From NCBI GenBank assembly GCA_050575255.1, contig JBNZDD010013683.1, positions 186,001 to 250,000 of the forward strand: 64,000 nucleotides of DNA, given 5' to 3'. The translations under genes were made by a program, and so were the position numbers. This document shows positions 48,503 to 62,332 of the stretch, in pieces. Source of the DNA: Harriotta raleighana. Lineage: Eukaryota. A model generated the notes under the pieces. It was given only the letters and a program-made list of their open reading frames with translations. It did no database searches and was not told the origin of the DNA. The first letter of the stretch is position 1. The number at the start of each line of letters is the position of its first letter.

Positions 48503-50719
48503 ATTTTAAGGTTTAGTCAATAACTGGTTAAAACTTCAGTCATGTCATGACTTCTAACCTCTGTTGAAAAGTATTTAACGCCTTTTCTCAGTACAAATTA
48601 GAAACTGCATACAAAAGCCAGTGTTTCACTTGCTATACACGTGGCAAATGAACTAACAACATTAATTTTTGCCAAACATTTATTACTTCATGAAAGTGAC
48701 CTGTAAATGCCAGAATAGGGTGTCATGTAGACCTATGTGAGGACTATGTGCCCCAGAACTGCCAACAGTGGGAAGTAATTGCCTTGTCTGTCATTCGTGA
48801 CTGACTAACAATGCAATCTCAAGAATTTAATCTCTATTGAAAGTGTTTCTGAGTTTGCAAAACCTTTATGGCAGTGGATGCACTGTCATCTCTCATATCC
48901 TGTTACTAAACAACAAAAACAACGAGGGACTGAGTTATAATACTATTACTGCTAATATTAATTAGCGTCACTGCTTGTCTGCTTAAAGTTATTTTTTTTT
49001 TGAAGACTTCTTAAAATAAAATAACCTCTGGGGAAAGCTCCATCACTTGAGCAGATCTGATTTGGGTAGTTTATATTAAAACAACTCTTGTGCCAGTGAA
49101 ACAAAAGGCACACTGTTTGTGTTCCTGGTTGAGAAATGTTCTTGGAGAATGTTATGAGAAGCAGAGCTGTTATTATGCTTGCTTACCAAGCTTGTTCCAA
49201 ATCTTGGTTGAAACTTTTGTCAATAAGCAATTATCATACAGTATTTGAATTATACAAATTAAGTTTCCAGTTGCAGTATTTTTTATATTTGCACTTGGGC
49301 ACATTCTGCTGCCTTTTTGTTAAGATTATGTTTGGGTGCTTGGCTTTTTGTTTCAAAACACATGTGACTTTTAAACCGTGCTAAATTAATTCAATTAAGC
49401 AATTTGCACACCTTTTTATGAAGCCAACAAGATTCACATGTATGTACAGAATACGGGGGAAAACTAAATCCTTTTTAATCCTGCAAATTGAAGCTGTTCA
49501 TAATTTTAAAACAGCCAATGAATGAACAAAAGTATAATCTGCCAAACTGACCTTAAAAGTATACTTTATCTTTCTTTTAAAACCAATTAAAATATGTTTT
49601 AAAATCTAGGGTAGTGTTTTCATATTTGACTCGGGTAAAACACCATATCTTGTATGTTAAAGTAAAGGTATTAGTAAGAGTACTGTACCCGCAGTTTTAA
49701 TCATCCTGCTCTGTATATGGCAATTATTCTTACTGCTGACAGTGTTCTGGTTTTGTTTAACTTCAATACTTCGAGCCTCAGCTTCCAGTGAACTTGGCGT
49801 TTGCGAATGGCCAAAAATATGCCCCTGCTAATTAGCTCTGCACTCACTTGCTAAAATCTCTGGATTTCCATTCAAACGGCAGTGGAAAATCTGTGGGTCA
49901 TCTATATATTTATTAGATTTTTATTGTACAGTAATCATTAAATTTTCTTTTTTTGCTTGATTAAACGATGCTGGACATTTCTGTGGTATACCCTTCGCTC
50001 AGAGATTATATTTACAGCCAGTCAAGTCTGGAGTACCTATCTCTTTCAGGCCTTAACAATTCTACCTGATACCTACAGAAAATGAGTGAAACATTCATGA
50101 TATTCACACTGCACCAAGAAACCTTCATTAAGCTGTCATCATTGCATTGTCAAGTTTCCTTTGCTATTTAAATCTGATTTTGTCCTGAAGGTCAGTTCAT
50201 TATTTCTGAACATTTTCACCCCCCTCAAATTCTGTCTCTTTCGTGCTGACAAGCAGACATCTAAAATTTGGGGGAGGCGGAATAAGTGGGTTAATCCCAT
50301 TATGTTTCTCAATGTCTTGCTAGGCAATGGAACAACTGAACAGAAACCTGTCTTACATTAAGCTCCAGTTTCTGAATAAAACTGAAAAAACACAATGGAA
50401 ACCATACACGTCCATAGTAAATGGGAAGGGAAATGTAGTTGGATCTGGGCAGAAGAAAGGAAATCCTTGCCTCTGATCTGATGAATATTGCAACCGCTTC
50501 TTTGGAAGCATTGTCACAAAATAGACATTTCAGAATACCCAGTACAAAGCTATTGACTATTATTACATGATGTGTGTTTATGTAAACACATGTAGTGAGG
50601 GAAATGAAAGCAATTTTGAAATTTTTGGCATGGTTATTTGCATATGGTTGTGATTTGATCTTTCCAAATATTAAGACCCATGTGGCACTTTGAACTATTA
50701 TTAATGAACGAACAATCTA

Positions 50720-50940
50720 GCCTGACACTTCAATACAGTGCTGGAGAGTGCTGCATTGCACTGTCAGACACACCATCGTTCAGATATGTCATTAAACCGA
50801 GATTCCCATCTGCCTGTTCACGTGGATGTTAAAGTCCCATGGGACTACTTAGATGGGAGATTTTCCTTGTGTTCTGGTCAACAATCCCCTGGATAATAAA
50901 ACATTGGTTATTCACTTCACAGTTATTTGTGGGTGGCTTT
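50720..50940 (+). mobile_element. Ancient Deu-domain SINE relic (AmnSINE1/SacSINE1-like)
   Basis: GACAC.TCA.TACAGTGCTGGAGAGTGCTGCA...CAGAT...TTAAACCGAG..CCCATCTGCCTGTTCA.GTGGATGT.AAAG.CCCATGG.ACTA.TT...TGTTCTGG.CAA follows the recalled Deu-domain consensus. Confidence 0.75.
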
Positions 50941-51661
50941 CAATTCTGTATTTTTGAGGTGGCTTTCTGGCATGACTCAAAGCAATGTAGAGTGCAAAAA
51001 TATAGCTCAGTTTCCCTTGCTCTCTGCACACTGCATCTCTTCTGGCAGTATAAAAGTACCACCTTGACATCCTATTACACCAAACCTGCTCAAAGTGTGG
51101 TTTTAGTATTCATTGAAGTGCAAATAGCTTTAAAGATCATTTTTATATTTTACTTTGTACCTTTGATTCCCCACTCTTCAAATTTATCATCAGAACTCTG
51201 TTCTTAATGGAGTAATGTTTTACTTGGGTGATTATGCGGATTGTACACAGAGCCAACTACACTGGCTTAATAATAATAATAATATTTGTTATATTTGATA
51301 TCGTGGCTTATCAAAGTAGGAAAATAAGGAGGCAAAACAACCAACAGCATCTTTTCTGCTGAGTGCAGTGGCTCCAATTTTACTTTAATTTCAGAGAGCA
51401 AATCCAATTGACAGCTTTCCCTTTCTTTTAGCAAACGACTGTATTACACAAAGTTAGGATTAATCTTAAGCGCTTTTGATTTCTGTTTCTATCAATTTGT
51501 TGACTGTCTTTGCTTGGAGTACTCTGAAGTGTTGATAATGACTGTGGACCCTGGCTTGAGAATGCATGATTGAGCCTGACAGCATGAGAGGTTGAATCAT
51601 CATAAAAGGTCTACTGTGTTAGTTCAGTTTCTTAATGCTGTCCGGAGAGAGCTCGACCACA

Positions 51662-51725
51662 GCAGCAACAACAACAACTTGCATTTATATAGCTCCCCTC
51701 ACCCCAGACAGCATCTCGGAGCACA
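51662..51725 (-). mobile_element. L2 3' tail fragment
   Basis: (ACA)n CTTGCATTTATATAGC...CAGCATCTCGGAGCAC resembles the tail of the 20702 L2 copy. Confidence 0.6.
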
Positions 51726-53850
51726 TAGACACACAGTTGATGCTTACCTGGTTTAATTATCGGATTTTAAACATAATTCACTGCACTCGAGTCATTCAGC
51801 TGTCATTTTTAAATCGTTTAAAAACTACAGTAGAAAAATATTTTTACCCGACCCACACTGATGGTTACAGTATAAAGCTTGAAACTCAGTTATTTCGCGC
51901 CTCGTTAAACTTGCTATTCCACAGAGTGTCTGCGCGATTGTTACTGATCAATTTCAATGAATGAATAAGTGCAACATTTTAATGCTAGAATTTGGCCACA
52001 GTAGACTAAACAGAGCATCTCATACTTTGTTTTGGCAAAACTGTCATAGATCCAAATTAAACTGCTTTGCTAAAAAGACAGAAGATATTTGTTTGTGAGC
52101 TGAGAGACCATGAGGCAAAAGAAGGTGGCAGCTCAAGAGATGTCTGTTTAACAACAATAATACAACTGATGTGTGATGTATATCCGTCTCTCTGATAAAC
52201 GGTACTATTTATACTCTCTTTAAATGGGTCTGCGAGTAGCATTTTTTCGGAATTACTATTAATTAGAACTATTAGCAGACACAGGCCAATCTTGATCATC
52301 CATCAACTCCAATTAATTAAATGGGGGTGGGAGGGGTTGGGGTTAGGAGTCTAGCCATGATGATGGACAAGCGATATTCCACTGTACATTAATTCCTGCA
52401 ATGATTTTAGTCCCAGCTCCCTTTTTGGGGTTTGTTGTTTGCTTCTCTAACTTCGTTTGTTGTCACATCGATTCAAATCAGCTGGAGTACAAATACTTGT
52501 AGTTGATTTAGCTTTTTGTGAAAAAAAATGCATCAAAAGAACACCCACTGGTATGGTATGTTATGTGGTCCTTTCAAGCACTAAAGATGTTTGCCCAAAG
52601 CCAATCCTGTCTCATCCCGGGAGACAAAAGGAGCATTGAAAGGCGTAACTTCTGAAAGATGATATCTTTGTGTTCCTTTTTTTCCCTCCAAAAAATCAAA
52701 AAAGAACTTGTCTACTTACAAATACCGGATAAGGATGAAATGAAAGAGTTGGCACACTATTCCTGGGCGTTTTGTCAAACTAATGATTTTACACTTGTTT
52801 GTTTGCCAACTCTAAAACTCTCCCTATTTTTTTTACAATGAAATAAGCGACTGCAGTCATTTAATGATCATTCAGTGTGAGCGCTGGGGAAATCTGAGAC
52901 TTATATGGCTGAGCAGGCTTTAAGGTTTTGTGTGAGTGTCGATCAGTGCTGAGCGAGGAACAAACTTTTTCTTTCTGTCCCTTTTTATTTCTTTAAATTG
53001 CATATTTTTAAAAAAGCCTTTCTTCAACTTGGTTCTTTTGAGTTAAAGCCATTGGCGTGCGGCTTATTAACTTGAATGTTTCATGTACAGGTTCTGAATT
53101 AGCTGTCTGTGTATACTTTGGACTTGATCCCATGCTACCCTGATTTCCTGTCTGGCCTTGGTTGCTGTGGTAACAACAGGGATTGCATCAGCATCCACAA
53201 CCGAATGAAAGGTTTCTTGCCTGGTGCCATATGTGGCTTTCCACCAGTACCTCACATTATTTATGACTTAAATGTGACATAATCTTGTACTTCCATCTAA
53301 TAAAGCCATGCTCTTTGCAATCTATGCCTCGAGCTGTGCAAAATTACATTGAAAGTTGGCAACAACGCAACAACGCATTGGTGAATGAGGTTAAATTATA
53401 TTTAAGGCCAGCTAAACTGTTCTGATGGTTCCGAATGTGAATTTTTTTTTAAAAAGGCTGCCTGAGTGGAAAGTGTTTTATTTTTGAAGGTATCTATCAA
53501 AAATGATGGCTTGTTTCTCGACTATTTGGGAGAAATTAACACAAAAGGATCAAATTTCTCTGAGTAAAACCTTTTCTGGTAAAGGAAAGTCCTGGGTTTT
53601 CTCTCTGAGTGAAACGTTAGGACCAGCAAAGTAGTAAAATTGAAGAAAAGGTGACTGGATAGGATATCTATTTATACCCAGTAACTGAAAGGCAACAGTG
53701 CTCCCTCACTGTTCACTATCAACATATTGGTTTCAATTTCCTACAGTAAAGGTTTACGACGGCTTTTCAAAACAGTAACTTTTCCAGGCAAGAATTCTAA
53801 GAAATGCTTGCAGGAATTCAAGTTTTTTTTAAAAAAATTGGCTGGGAGAC

Positions 53851-53888
53851 CACAGAGAGAGAGAGAGAGGTAGAGAGACAGACAGAGT
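53851..53888 (+). repeat. (GA)n microsatellite
   Basis: Direct reading. Confidence 0.9.
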
Positions 53889-53924
53889 GAAAACTTTTAG
53901 ATGAGACAGATGATTTAGTCTGTC

Positions 53925-54040
53925 CTGGGCAAAATATACAGTCAATTCAGTATATTTACAGGATATTCTGTGAAGCGCTTTGAGTCATCACAAAGATGTG
54001 TAGTAAATCACTAAATCAAATGCAAGGATTATTATTAGTA
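53925..54040 (+). mobile_element. SINE 3' fragment
   Basis: AAATATACAGTCAATTCA...TTCTGTGAAGCGCTTTGAG...AAATGCAAGG(ATT)n. Confidence 0.8.
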
Positions 54041-55071
54041 ATAGTAAATACATTTGCTTCAAATCTACATTTGTGTGGAGATTGGGAGGTAGAATTCAAG
54101 GATGTGGAGGTTCCATGAACGAGACAGAACCTTTGTTGAGTACAATGCTGGTAACTTCACACATTGCACATTGCAGCAAATTTGGTACTTTCTGCCTGGA
54201 CTGCTGTGATTTATGTGGCAAGAACTGGTTGTAGAATGTCATCGGCACAGAAACTGTCAAAAAAAAGCATAAATGATACATAGCCATTAAATCGTTGATG
54301 GCCCAATGTATCATTGTAGTACACCCGGGGTTATATTAATGCGTAGTAACACACTATACTGAGAGGAACCTGGTATCAATCCTGGGAATGATGCTTCACT
54401 GGAACTACTCCATTTATCTGTCATACACATCTATCGCCCTTTAATGCTTTTGTGCATGCATGGAAGTTCAGGTGCAAGCTCAGGCATTGTAATGGAGGTT
54501 GGAAAGACAACTGACTTGCCCTCGATAAGAGATCCAATAATAAAATGTGCTCTTTAACATGTTTTTATCTCATTCACTGAAACGCATGTCTAGTGCACAA
54601 GTATGAACATGTCTGTTTACCACAACAGCCTCTTCCAGTATCTTCAACTACGGGCAGTTTGAGAAGCTGTGTGCGAGCTAGCAACTCCGTTAAGACTGGG
54701 TTAAGAAATAAATTAATTTCCCCCAGGACCCAAAAAGCAGGCACAGGGAAGGCTGTGAATGTGTGCTAAACCACAGTACTACCACATGTCACTTCAACAT
54801 GAGTGATGTATGTGGTTTAATTTCATTCTCTTTTGACTGCTCAGCTGGTTATCTCTGTTGCATTCAAATTCCGGCAAGGAAGTTTTGTTTGGAAAAAAAA
54901 GTTCCTACGTTACATTACAAAGAATAATAAATATGTCAAACTGTGTTTCGATGCAACGGACATTCCAGGTTTCAATCCATGAAGCACACTCACCTTCTGA
55001 CACTGAAGAAGGATTTTTTTTTACATTGTAATACTTTGTACCCCATTCCCAGCTCCCCATTACTTGATGTA

Positions 55072-55417
55072 ACAATCCTTGCATTTGAATACAGGACCTT
55101 ATAACTGTAATGTGAATTGATCGTATATTTTGTGGATGAAACACAGCAGCCAATTGCAAACAGCAGTATCCTACAAACACTCGTGGATTGAACAATCCAA
55201 TTATTATTTCAATTTATTTATTTTGAAAGGATTATTGCCCCCCATAAAAGTTGATGTGCCAATCGATTAACAACCGGATTTCTACTTACTGCTAGGTAAA
55301 CAGAGGTGTGTGTTGAGTAAGGAAACCTTGCCCCAGATTTTGCCTTGCCCAGGAATCGAACCCTGGATCCTCTCACTTGCGAGGCAAGTGCTCTAACCAA
55401 TACGCTACGGGACTCCA
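55072..55417 (-). mobile_element. tRNA-derived SINE, full-length long variant
   Basis: Head, B-box and tail present, plus an extra ~60-70 bp internal segment (ACACCTCTGTTTACCTAGCAGTAAGTAGAAATCCGG...). Confidence 0.9.
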
Positions 55418-57702
55418 AAACGCAAAGGGAAACAGAGAAAAACATTTAAGGAAAGTGAAATGACTGAGCAGCTTGACGCTACACTGACATGACAGCATCT
55501 GTTATCAATGTAAACTTGCCCTAACAAAACTGAATTCCAAGGCCAGAAGTGACCTAAGTTCTCATTCTGCCCAGTTAAAGGAGTTGATGGGTGTCTGGGT
55601 GCCTTTTGCTGAGCTGTTTGTAGTTTTCCTTGCTGACTGCAGATTTGCTTCCTGCGGCAAATTTTGATCCAAGGAATAACTTGTCACCACGCGAACATGA
55701 AAAGGATCCCAAACGGAAATAAACAGACAATACGACATGTTAAAGAAAGCTGTAAATAACAATCGACTTCAAAGCAAGTTTATACTCTGAAATCGCAGCA
55801 GCCTTTGGCGAATAATTCAAAACAGGTTATTATTAAATCTCGACGACGACATCACGTCTGTTGTTCTCCCAAGTTGATATTGTCACTGGGGTGAGACGAG
55901 AATGGCGGCATTTTTACTGGGGGTTGTGATGTGCTGTCACTGGGCTCCTGGTCGTGCCTGTGCACATGAACTGAATCATCCTCCAAGTTAAAATGCACAA
56001 GAATTTCCCCATTGCAGTCCTGTGGACATTGTTTGCTCTGCAATATCACCTGCTCCAGCAGTTCATCCGGTGGCTTTCAAGTACCGAGCCCACCTGAAAA
56101 CTCTCTGACAGGGAGAAGGTGGCCTCCTTTAGGGTCACCAAGGTCCATGTTTAAATCAGCGATTAATCATCTTAATGGGAAATTCCAATGCTCTGACCTC
56201 GGTGGCTGGGTGGAATTCTCAGTTATTAACAAGCTAAACATTCCACGTTACGGATCCAAGTCCTTTTTCACACCTAGCAGTAAAACTATCTATTTAGACA
56301 GGAATCAGCTGTGGGGGGTTGTTCACTGCCAGAAGTGCAGTAATGTATTTGGGGTTCAACTCAGGTTACAGTGGATGTGAATCTACTTTTGACTAACTGG
56401 TTTGCTTCTGATACCAGTTTGCACTGACTCGGGTGGGGCTACAGGGAGATGAGGGTGCAATGCTGGTGCATGAGGTGAGGGCTTTCTTATGCTATAATTC
56501 AGCTGTGGGGTTTAGTCAAAATAGGTGACATTGTATGTACCTGGTCTGTAAGTAACTTATGTTGTCGCAAAGTTCACGTGTATGTGTTTGGGGGAGAGTG
56601 GAATCTTCCCAGCACCCGATTGGTATAAATATACAGATAAATATACTTTTTCTCTTCCTCAACTGCTAAACATACAAACATGGTCCCAAATCTATAAAAC
56701 AGACTGCAAAATAAACAACTGTCACCATCATTACCACCCCACTGATACATGACTCAGTTCCCTTATGAGGCTTTGCAGTAAGAATATAGGAAAACTTGGG
56801 TTGAGAGATACCCATCAATCCTGGTCCTCTCACAGCTCAGGCACGATGCCCTTAATCATTGCCCTCACATTCTCTCCCCTGAATTCGAGATGCCTATAGG
56901 GCAGCCAAGCCATCCGTAAGATTTATTCCAACTAAAATCAAACTGGGAATCAAACAAAGAAAAACCAATGTGTGTGTATACAATCATCATGCAATGGTTT
57001 AATTGGGGAATCCAATCCTTTTTTTATGTAAATTTTGAATGCCATGGAATTGTTTTCCGCAGTGAGTTACAAAGTGCTATTTAATGCCATTAGGGAACAA
57101 TTCATCAATGTCAGCTAGAGATCACAAAGGCTTGCAGCATTCAACTTCAGACCGCTGTCAGGTTTGCTGGGCAATTATTTCTCAAAATACTTTGGTTCAA
57201 AACCATTCAAATGAAAACTAGTTAATTGCCACACTCAAATCAAATTATTTTTCCAAAGGAACTGTTGCTCTGGTTTTACTGTTGAATTGTATTCGCGGTG
57301 GATTCATGTGTTTTACTTTGGTGACAAATGTGGATGAGGAACGTGGTTTGTGGTGAGGTTTTAACATAGGGTTATCTTATGTTCGGATGTGAGTATGACC
57401 TTTTTATTTGCAATGCTGGTTAACTGTTAAGACTGTGGGAGAGCAGCCACATAGTCCCCGTTGAATTTGACGACCACATCTGGGAAAACAATGCCTGCAA
57501 TTCCTTTTCTAATGGTCATTCCTACAAAAATGCATCCTGTGTCTGCGAAAGCAAAGATTTATCATCACAGAGCACCTCTCGATGAATTCCAAGGTAATCA
57601 ATGTAACTAAATGTCAGTTGTCAAGCCGCATGACACAAGCAAGGTTATACAGTATACAGAGGAAAATGCCAAGTATTTTGAGAAGGGGATCGCCCGAAGT
57701 AG

Positions 57703-57890
57703 TAATAATAATAATTATCCTTGCGTTTGATATCACGCCTTATCAAGTCTTTGAGACGTCTCAAAGAGCTTCACAGAATGTACCGTAAAGTGGATTGACT
57801 GTATATTTTCTGGGTGAAACGCAGCAGCCAATTGCTCACAGCAGTGTGTCCCACAAACAGTCGTGGATTGAGTGACCAATTTATTATTAG
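57703..57890 (-). mobile_element. SINE 3' fragment
   Basis: Same tail and body consensus. Confidence 0.85.
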
Positions 57891-59978
57891 ATGGGGTTTG
57901 GGATAAGGAGAGGTACCCTATTCCTCACATCTCAATAGTCTGTAGCTTTAGGAACCCTGCAGTGACTGTCAAATGCTTTTTAAATAGTCTCTTCCAGTCT
58001 TGTGTGTTATTCCGAGGAGAGGATCTTTTTCACAAATAGGTTCACAGTAGGTTTTGTTTCATTTCATTTTGTTAGAATAATGTTACCACAGTCCTTAAAG
58101 AGTAAATGTGCGACAATAAAGAAGGGAAAGTCTTATCCCAACAAGGATCTGAAGCACTAGGTACAAACCAACACTGCGCCTTGGCAAGATAAGTTGCAAG
58201 AATATAATGGCATTTAGTGGGGGGCTGGTTTGGATTCTTTCTTGAGAAAATCAGCTTGGCGTCAGTTAATGACCATACTAACAACATAATCACAACATTT
58301 CGACTGAGTCAGAGTCAGCACCACCACATACCATGCCAAAAGAAAATAAATATTAAATATTTTTTTAAAACGGTGCGCAAAACCCCCCCCGAATTCCATT
58401 ATCAATGGGATAGTGAAACCTACGAGCCAACATTCACAGGATTTTGTTGCAGGAAATTATATTTTTGTAAATGCCATCCAGAAAACCCCCCACTGATAAT
58501 ACAGTTTTGTTTGTTTCTCTATGTCTTTGGTGTTCATGCCAAGTTGGCTGAAGAATCTGTTGAGAGGAAAACAGCAGAGCACACAAATGTCTTTTTTAAA
58601 GTCCTGTGTTCAGTTTTGTGGCTTAGGAAAATAAATGCTGATTTCCAGCCAGTTTGGGAATAAAGTGAAAACAGTGAATGACGTTGAGGGTGTATTGGCC
58701 ATTGCAAGGCCGAGTAAAGCAATTAGCTTTAGCATAATGAGCATGAAGTATATAAAAAGGCAAGGGGCTGACTTATTCCTAATTACAGTATAACTGGTAG
58801 AGTTGAGGGAATTCGTAGAATTAGCCCACATGATGCTTGCAAAATTTAGGTTGATTTTTTTTGTCTGACACCCATTTGTCTGATGCACCATCATTGGTGC
58901 ATTCAAACCAGACTGAGCATTCCACACATGCAATGCCGCCGCCACATGGAAAATTCCCTACACGTGGAATGGTGTGCACAGTGTCTCTCCGGCGGGTTGA
59001 CTGAGATTGAGAGATGGATAGAAACCTTTGAGATAAGCGACTCGATGAGTTAGGATAATAAAGGACTGGGTTGCAGTAAGACAAGTGTGTCAAATGCTCC
59101 TTTGAAAGCAAACGTGTGCATGAATACAGATGCGGTAGTCAAACTGCCTGGTATAATTTGTTAGATTTTTCAGATGCAAACATATTCCATTATATTCTTA
59201 TTACTCATCTTGCCGAGGTGCAGAGCTGTATTGTACTAAAGGCTGTATAATGCTTTCACTTTTTTTTTGTCTCATTAATGATAAGACTTTTCCTTTGTGG
59301 TTTTTTTTTGAGGGGCAAAGAAGATTATTGAGAAGGGAATCGAGATTATAGTACTGTTCTGTACATCATTAAGTGTGATATGTGGCACCAGCACTTGATG
59401 GGAAAATGCCCTCTCCTGTTAACCCTATCATTACTTGTTACCTAGAATAGAGTGATATAACCATTGCAAAAACATTATTTTGGTCAGAAATGCATGTTTT
59501 TCCTAATTCAGAAGCATTATGAATTTGCGTTTCTTGCCAAATATTCATTCAGCAGCTGTTAGAAACTTGTCAAAATTCTGATACATTTGATGCCTTTTTG
59601 TGCAATGATCTCTGATGCTTTTATGGTGATTTTTATAGATAGAGTAACATTAAACACTCCTGATGAATACAACCAATACAACCCTCACTCTATCTTTGTG
59701 AATTACATGATCCAAAGTTGGGGGAGATAAGAAAATCCTAAGAACTGTAATTTAGATGTTCTTTGCTTTGAAAACGCAAATGTGCTCCAGTAAAGAGAAT
59801 TTTACACAAACCTCTGCTCATCAAATTTAATATCTTATATGAAAATATCCCTTTGCAGGGATAATAAACCCTCCAATTTTTTATCACTCACTTCATGGCT
59901 GTTTGTGGGACACCGCCATGTGCAATTGGCCGCTGCGTTTCGCCCACAAAATACACAGTCAATCCACTTTACAATACT

Positions 59979-60243
59979 AATCCTTGCATTTTCATGTCTT
60001 CTGGACGTCTCAAATCACTTCACAGAATATACTGTCAAGTGAATTGACTGTACATTTGTGGGCGAAACGCGGCAGCCAATTGCACACAGCAGTGACCCAC
60101 AAGCAGTCGTGGATTGAAATGACCAATTTTTTTTCAAGGGATTATTATCAGGCATGTGCAGAAGGTTTCGCCCTGCCTGGAATCGAACACAGGTCTCTCG
60201 TTTGCAAGACGAGGGCTATAACCACTGAGCTACAGGATTCCAC
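59979..60243 (-). mobile_element. tRNA-derived SINE inserted in reverse orientation into another SINE (59895-60265, +)
   Basis: Flanked by the direct repeat (AC)AATACT at 59971-59978 and 60242-60249; the host SINE resumes with GTATATTCTGTGAAGC. Confidence 0.9.
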
Positions 60244-60979
60244 AATACTGTATATTCTGTGAAGCAACAAATGTGAATGAAAAATAGGTCTTATTAATAG
60301 CACATAAAATAATGATAGAGGAAATATGACTTGATGATGATAATCTACAGTTATTTAACAACCTTTTTTTCAAAAAAAAAAAGTCGGCTTTCTGCCATAA
60401 TCGTGTCAGGAAGCAAATAGCAGATATGACAGGGAAGTGGTGTCATGCACGACTTTCTGATAGCTGCAGGGAATGTGAAGAAAGACATGAGAAAGGAACC
60501 CATAACTCTGCTATGATAGGATCTGGGTTTGATGTACTGATTCTATCAGTCTGCCTAACAGCAGCACAAAAGAACAATCTCCGCCAGCTCTCACCACACT
60601 CCTTTCCAACCCTCTGAAGCATGCTTTCCTTCTGGAAACCAGGCTAGACTTCACCCTTTAATAACCAATGCAATTCAGTTAGCTTTTGACTATCAAACGC
60701 TCAGTGAAACCTATTTAGGTTTTCCTTTTTTTGAAAAAAAGCTGGAGCAATGTGTTAACAGTGTTTAGACCTGGAGGGTGTTATCATTAATGCGACACTT
60801 TGATTTGATCTAACTATAACAACAATGCTGTAATTATGTAATCGTCACAAAGTTTTTTTTGGTAATAAGAAATTTGCAAATGTAAGGTAATTTGCAAGTA
60901 CTGTACTGGAGAAAAATGAGAATAGGAATCTGTACAAAGTAAAACTATGTGCCTAGTGTGAAAAGAACAGTGTAATTAT

Positions 60980-61140
60980 CATAATAATTATCCTTGCATT
61001 TGATTCAGTGTCTTGTATCTTTCAGAGACGTCTCAAAGTGCTTCACAGAATACCTTGTAAAGTGAATTGATAGTGGTTGAATATTTTGTGGTCGAAACGT
61101 GGCAGCCAACTGTGCACAGCAGTGTTCCGCAAACAGTCTT
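60980..61140 (-). mobile_element. SINE 3' fragment
   Basis: Same tail and body consensus. Confidence 0.85.
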
Positions 61141-61799
61141 AATTGGAACAAATCTGCTCATAGTTTATAATCACCAACTGATCCATTTATCTAATTAACA
61201 TTGTTTAGTTGCCCGGCAAGTTTGCTTCTACAAGTTAGTTGGGTAACAGGTTTGATCTCCTCCAGTCTCCATGTGAGCTGATCTCAAACATTGGCTTGAT
61301 TGCTGCTGGGCGAGAAAGGGAAAAATCTGAGTTCACCACCCCACCTCCCTGCTGAAAGTTTATGTGGATTTTGGTGAGGACAAAATCATGCTCAGCCGTG
61401 ATTATAACCCCATAATTTACAGACATGTAAATTGCAGCTGTAAAACACAAGAATAACTGTCATTGCAGATGCATGAATAGTATGAATAGAGTGCAATACA
61501 GTATGAATAGTGACCTTTCCCAGGGTCCACTTATCATTTTCATGGCAGCTTTTAATGTGACATGTTAATAGCTCTACTGCCTCGTGGTTATTCAGGAATC
61601 CAATGTTATTCTGCGTAGAGGCAGATTTTATAACTTTTCTTCAGAATATCTGTTTGTACGAGATGTAGGCATCAGCCCAGCAAATCACTTTCAGTGACAC
61701 TGCAGTTCATACTCTCACACAGCTATTGAGCCGTGGTATTGAGGCTTCAGCCAATTCAAAGCTCAGTGGAGAGTACAGCATTAACTTCCATTTCTTATT

Positions 61800-61983
61800 G
61801 TGGAGTCCTATACCTCAGTGGTTAGAGCACTTGCCTTATAAGTGTGATACCTGTGTTCAAATCCAGGCAGATCAGTGCAAAACCTTGGGGAAGTTTCCTT
61901 ACTCCACACGCCTGATAATAACCCCTCAACAAAAAACAATAATAAATTGGTCATTTCAATCCACGACAGTTTGTGGGACACTG
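61800..61983 (+). mobile_element. SINE head and body, 3'-truncated
   Basis: GTGGAGTCCTATACCTCAGTGGTTAGAGCACTTGCC...GTTTGTGGGACACTG, then similarity stops. Confidence 0.88.
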
Positions 61984-62332
61984 TAGATTATTTATTTGTT
62001 TGAATATTAATCCTTCAGCTCCCGGAAACACCCATCAAAAGGGACACTTTTGACCTAAATACTCAAAAGGCTGAGAAGTTTATTACACCATTTTTTTTCC
62101 AAAAATATAATTTTATTGCAGTTTAAATAAAAGGTTATAAGTCTCTGGTTATAAATGCAGGATCAGTGTAGAAGGCAATTTACAATGGTCTAAAGCAGGA
62201 GGTTGTCAATGTCTTTGAATGGTTGCTTGCTTAAAAATCCATGCCAAAACCAAAGTGTAAGCCCACAATGGCTGGTGTCATACTGCCATGCTTTGCTACC
62301 TTGCCAAAGATTCTGAACTACAGTATTTCATT

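Noticed and set aside
51742-51950. Strong minus-strand donor CAG|gtaagc with a few upstream CpGs
   Set aside because: The nearby upstream ATGs hit stops, and no acceptor or promoter evidence is visible; isolated consensus donors are common in long introns.
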